Source of the DNA: Candidatus Azotimanducaceae bacterium | GTDB lineage: Bacteria > Pseudomonadota > Gammaproteobacteria > Pseudomonadales > Azotimanducaceae | Assembly (NCBI GenBank): GCA_965217825.1 | Contig: OZ244571.1 | Location: forward strand, 1,248,882 to 1,312,881 | Length of the DNA stretch: 64,000 bases | Direction: 5' to 3' | Shown here: in pieces, positions 63,965 to 64,000 of the stretch | Layout of the letters: each line of letters opens with the position of its first letter | Numbering within the stretch: position 1 is the first letter of the stretch | Notes under the pieces: generated by a model | Seen by the model: the letters and a program-made list of their open reading frames with translations, nothing else | Told to the model about the DNA's origin: nothing | Databases searched by the model: none | Program-made: the position numbers and the translations under genes

Positions 63965-64000
63965 CGCCCGCCCTTGATCGGGACAAACAGTCTTTCAGGA

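Noticed and set aside
1-64000. Search for CRISPR arrays, rRNA/tRNA genes, reverse transcriptases (retrons/DGRs) and prophage structural genes
   Set aside because: Reading the intergenic regions turned up no short regularly spaced direct repeats, no RT motifs (YxDD) in credible ORFs and no tRNA-like cloverleaf candidates. tRNA absence is a visual judgement only and should be confirmed with tRNAscan-SE.

Overview
This is high-GC bacterial chromosomal DNA in three parts.

(1) ~1-27.2 kb looks like core genome. It holds an allophanate-hydrolase 3' end, an aldo/keto reductase, an S1C-PDZ protease, a Uma2 endonuclease, a D-aminoacylase-type amidohydrolase, a DprA-family protein, an acyl-CoA synthetase, tldD-pmbA, ileS preceded by a clear T-box leader with terminator, a di-haem cytochrome c peroxidase coupled to a sensor kinase, a TRAP transporter and a CrtI-like oxidoreductase.

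(2) ~27.3-53.1 kb is a heavily rearranged accessory mosaic.
- An intact DUF4143 AAA ATPase gene, whose last ~260 bp recur at 52.8-53.1 kb, so the two copies bracket the whole segment.
- A type III Res remnant.
- A Schlafen/AlbA_2-like ATPase coupled to MntA and a truncated HepT.
- Three decayed IS91-family transposase copies, plus duplicated pieces of the crtI-like and ATPase genes.
- A lower-GC, translationally coupled pair of effector-less STAND/ORC-like NTPases (one with a TPR array) that has its own consensus promoter. This is my best candidate for an undescribed system.
- Integrase and DDE scraps.
- A 2558-aa secreted protein with clan-SB peptidase, GLUG, cadherin-like and FN3 domains.
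- An RHS fragment, a GntR-ABC-membrane operon with a frameshift, and VapBC.

(3) ~53.1-64 kb holds metabolic genes. These include an AhpE-like peroxiredoxin with an in-frame UGA at the peroxidatic Cys position and a downstream hairpin, making it a candidate selenoprotein that the ORF track splits in two. Also present are an LLM oxidoreductase, an MFS transporter, a Fic protein with a degenerate motif, a C15-like peptidase, an M28 peptidase, Bcp, an isoaspartyl peptidase and several gene fragments.

No rRNA, tRNA or CRISPR array was recognised. The T-box, AhpE-like Prx and LLM genes suggest a Terrabacteria-type lineage (Actinobacteria- or Chloroflexi-like), but this is inference only. Many long alternative-frame ORFs in the track are high-GC artefacts.
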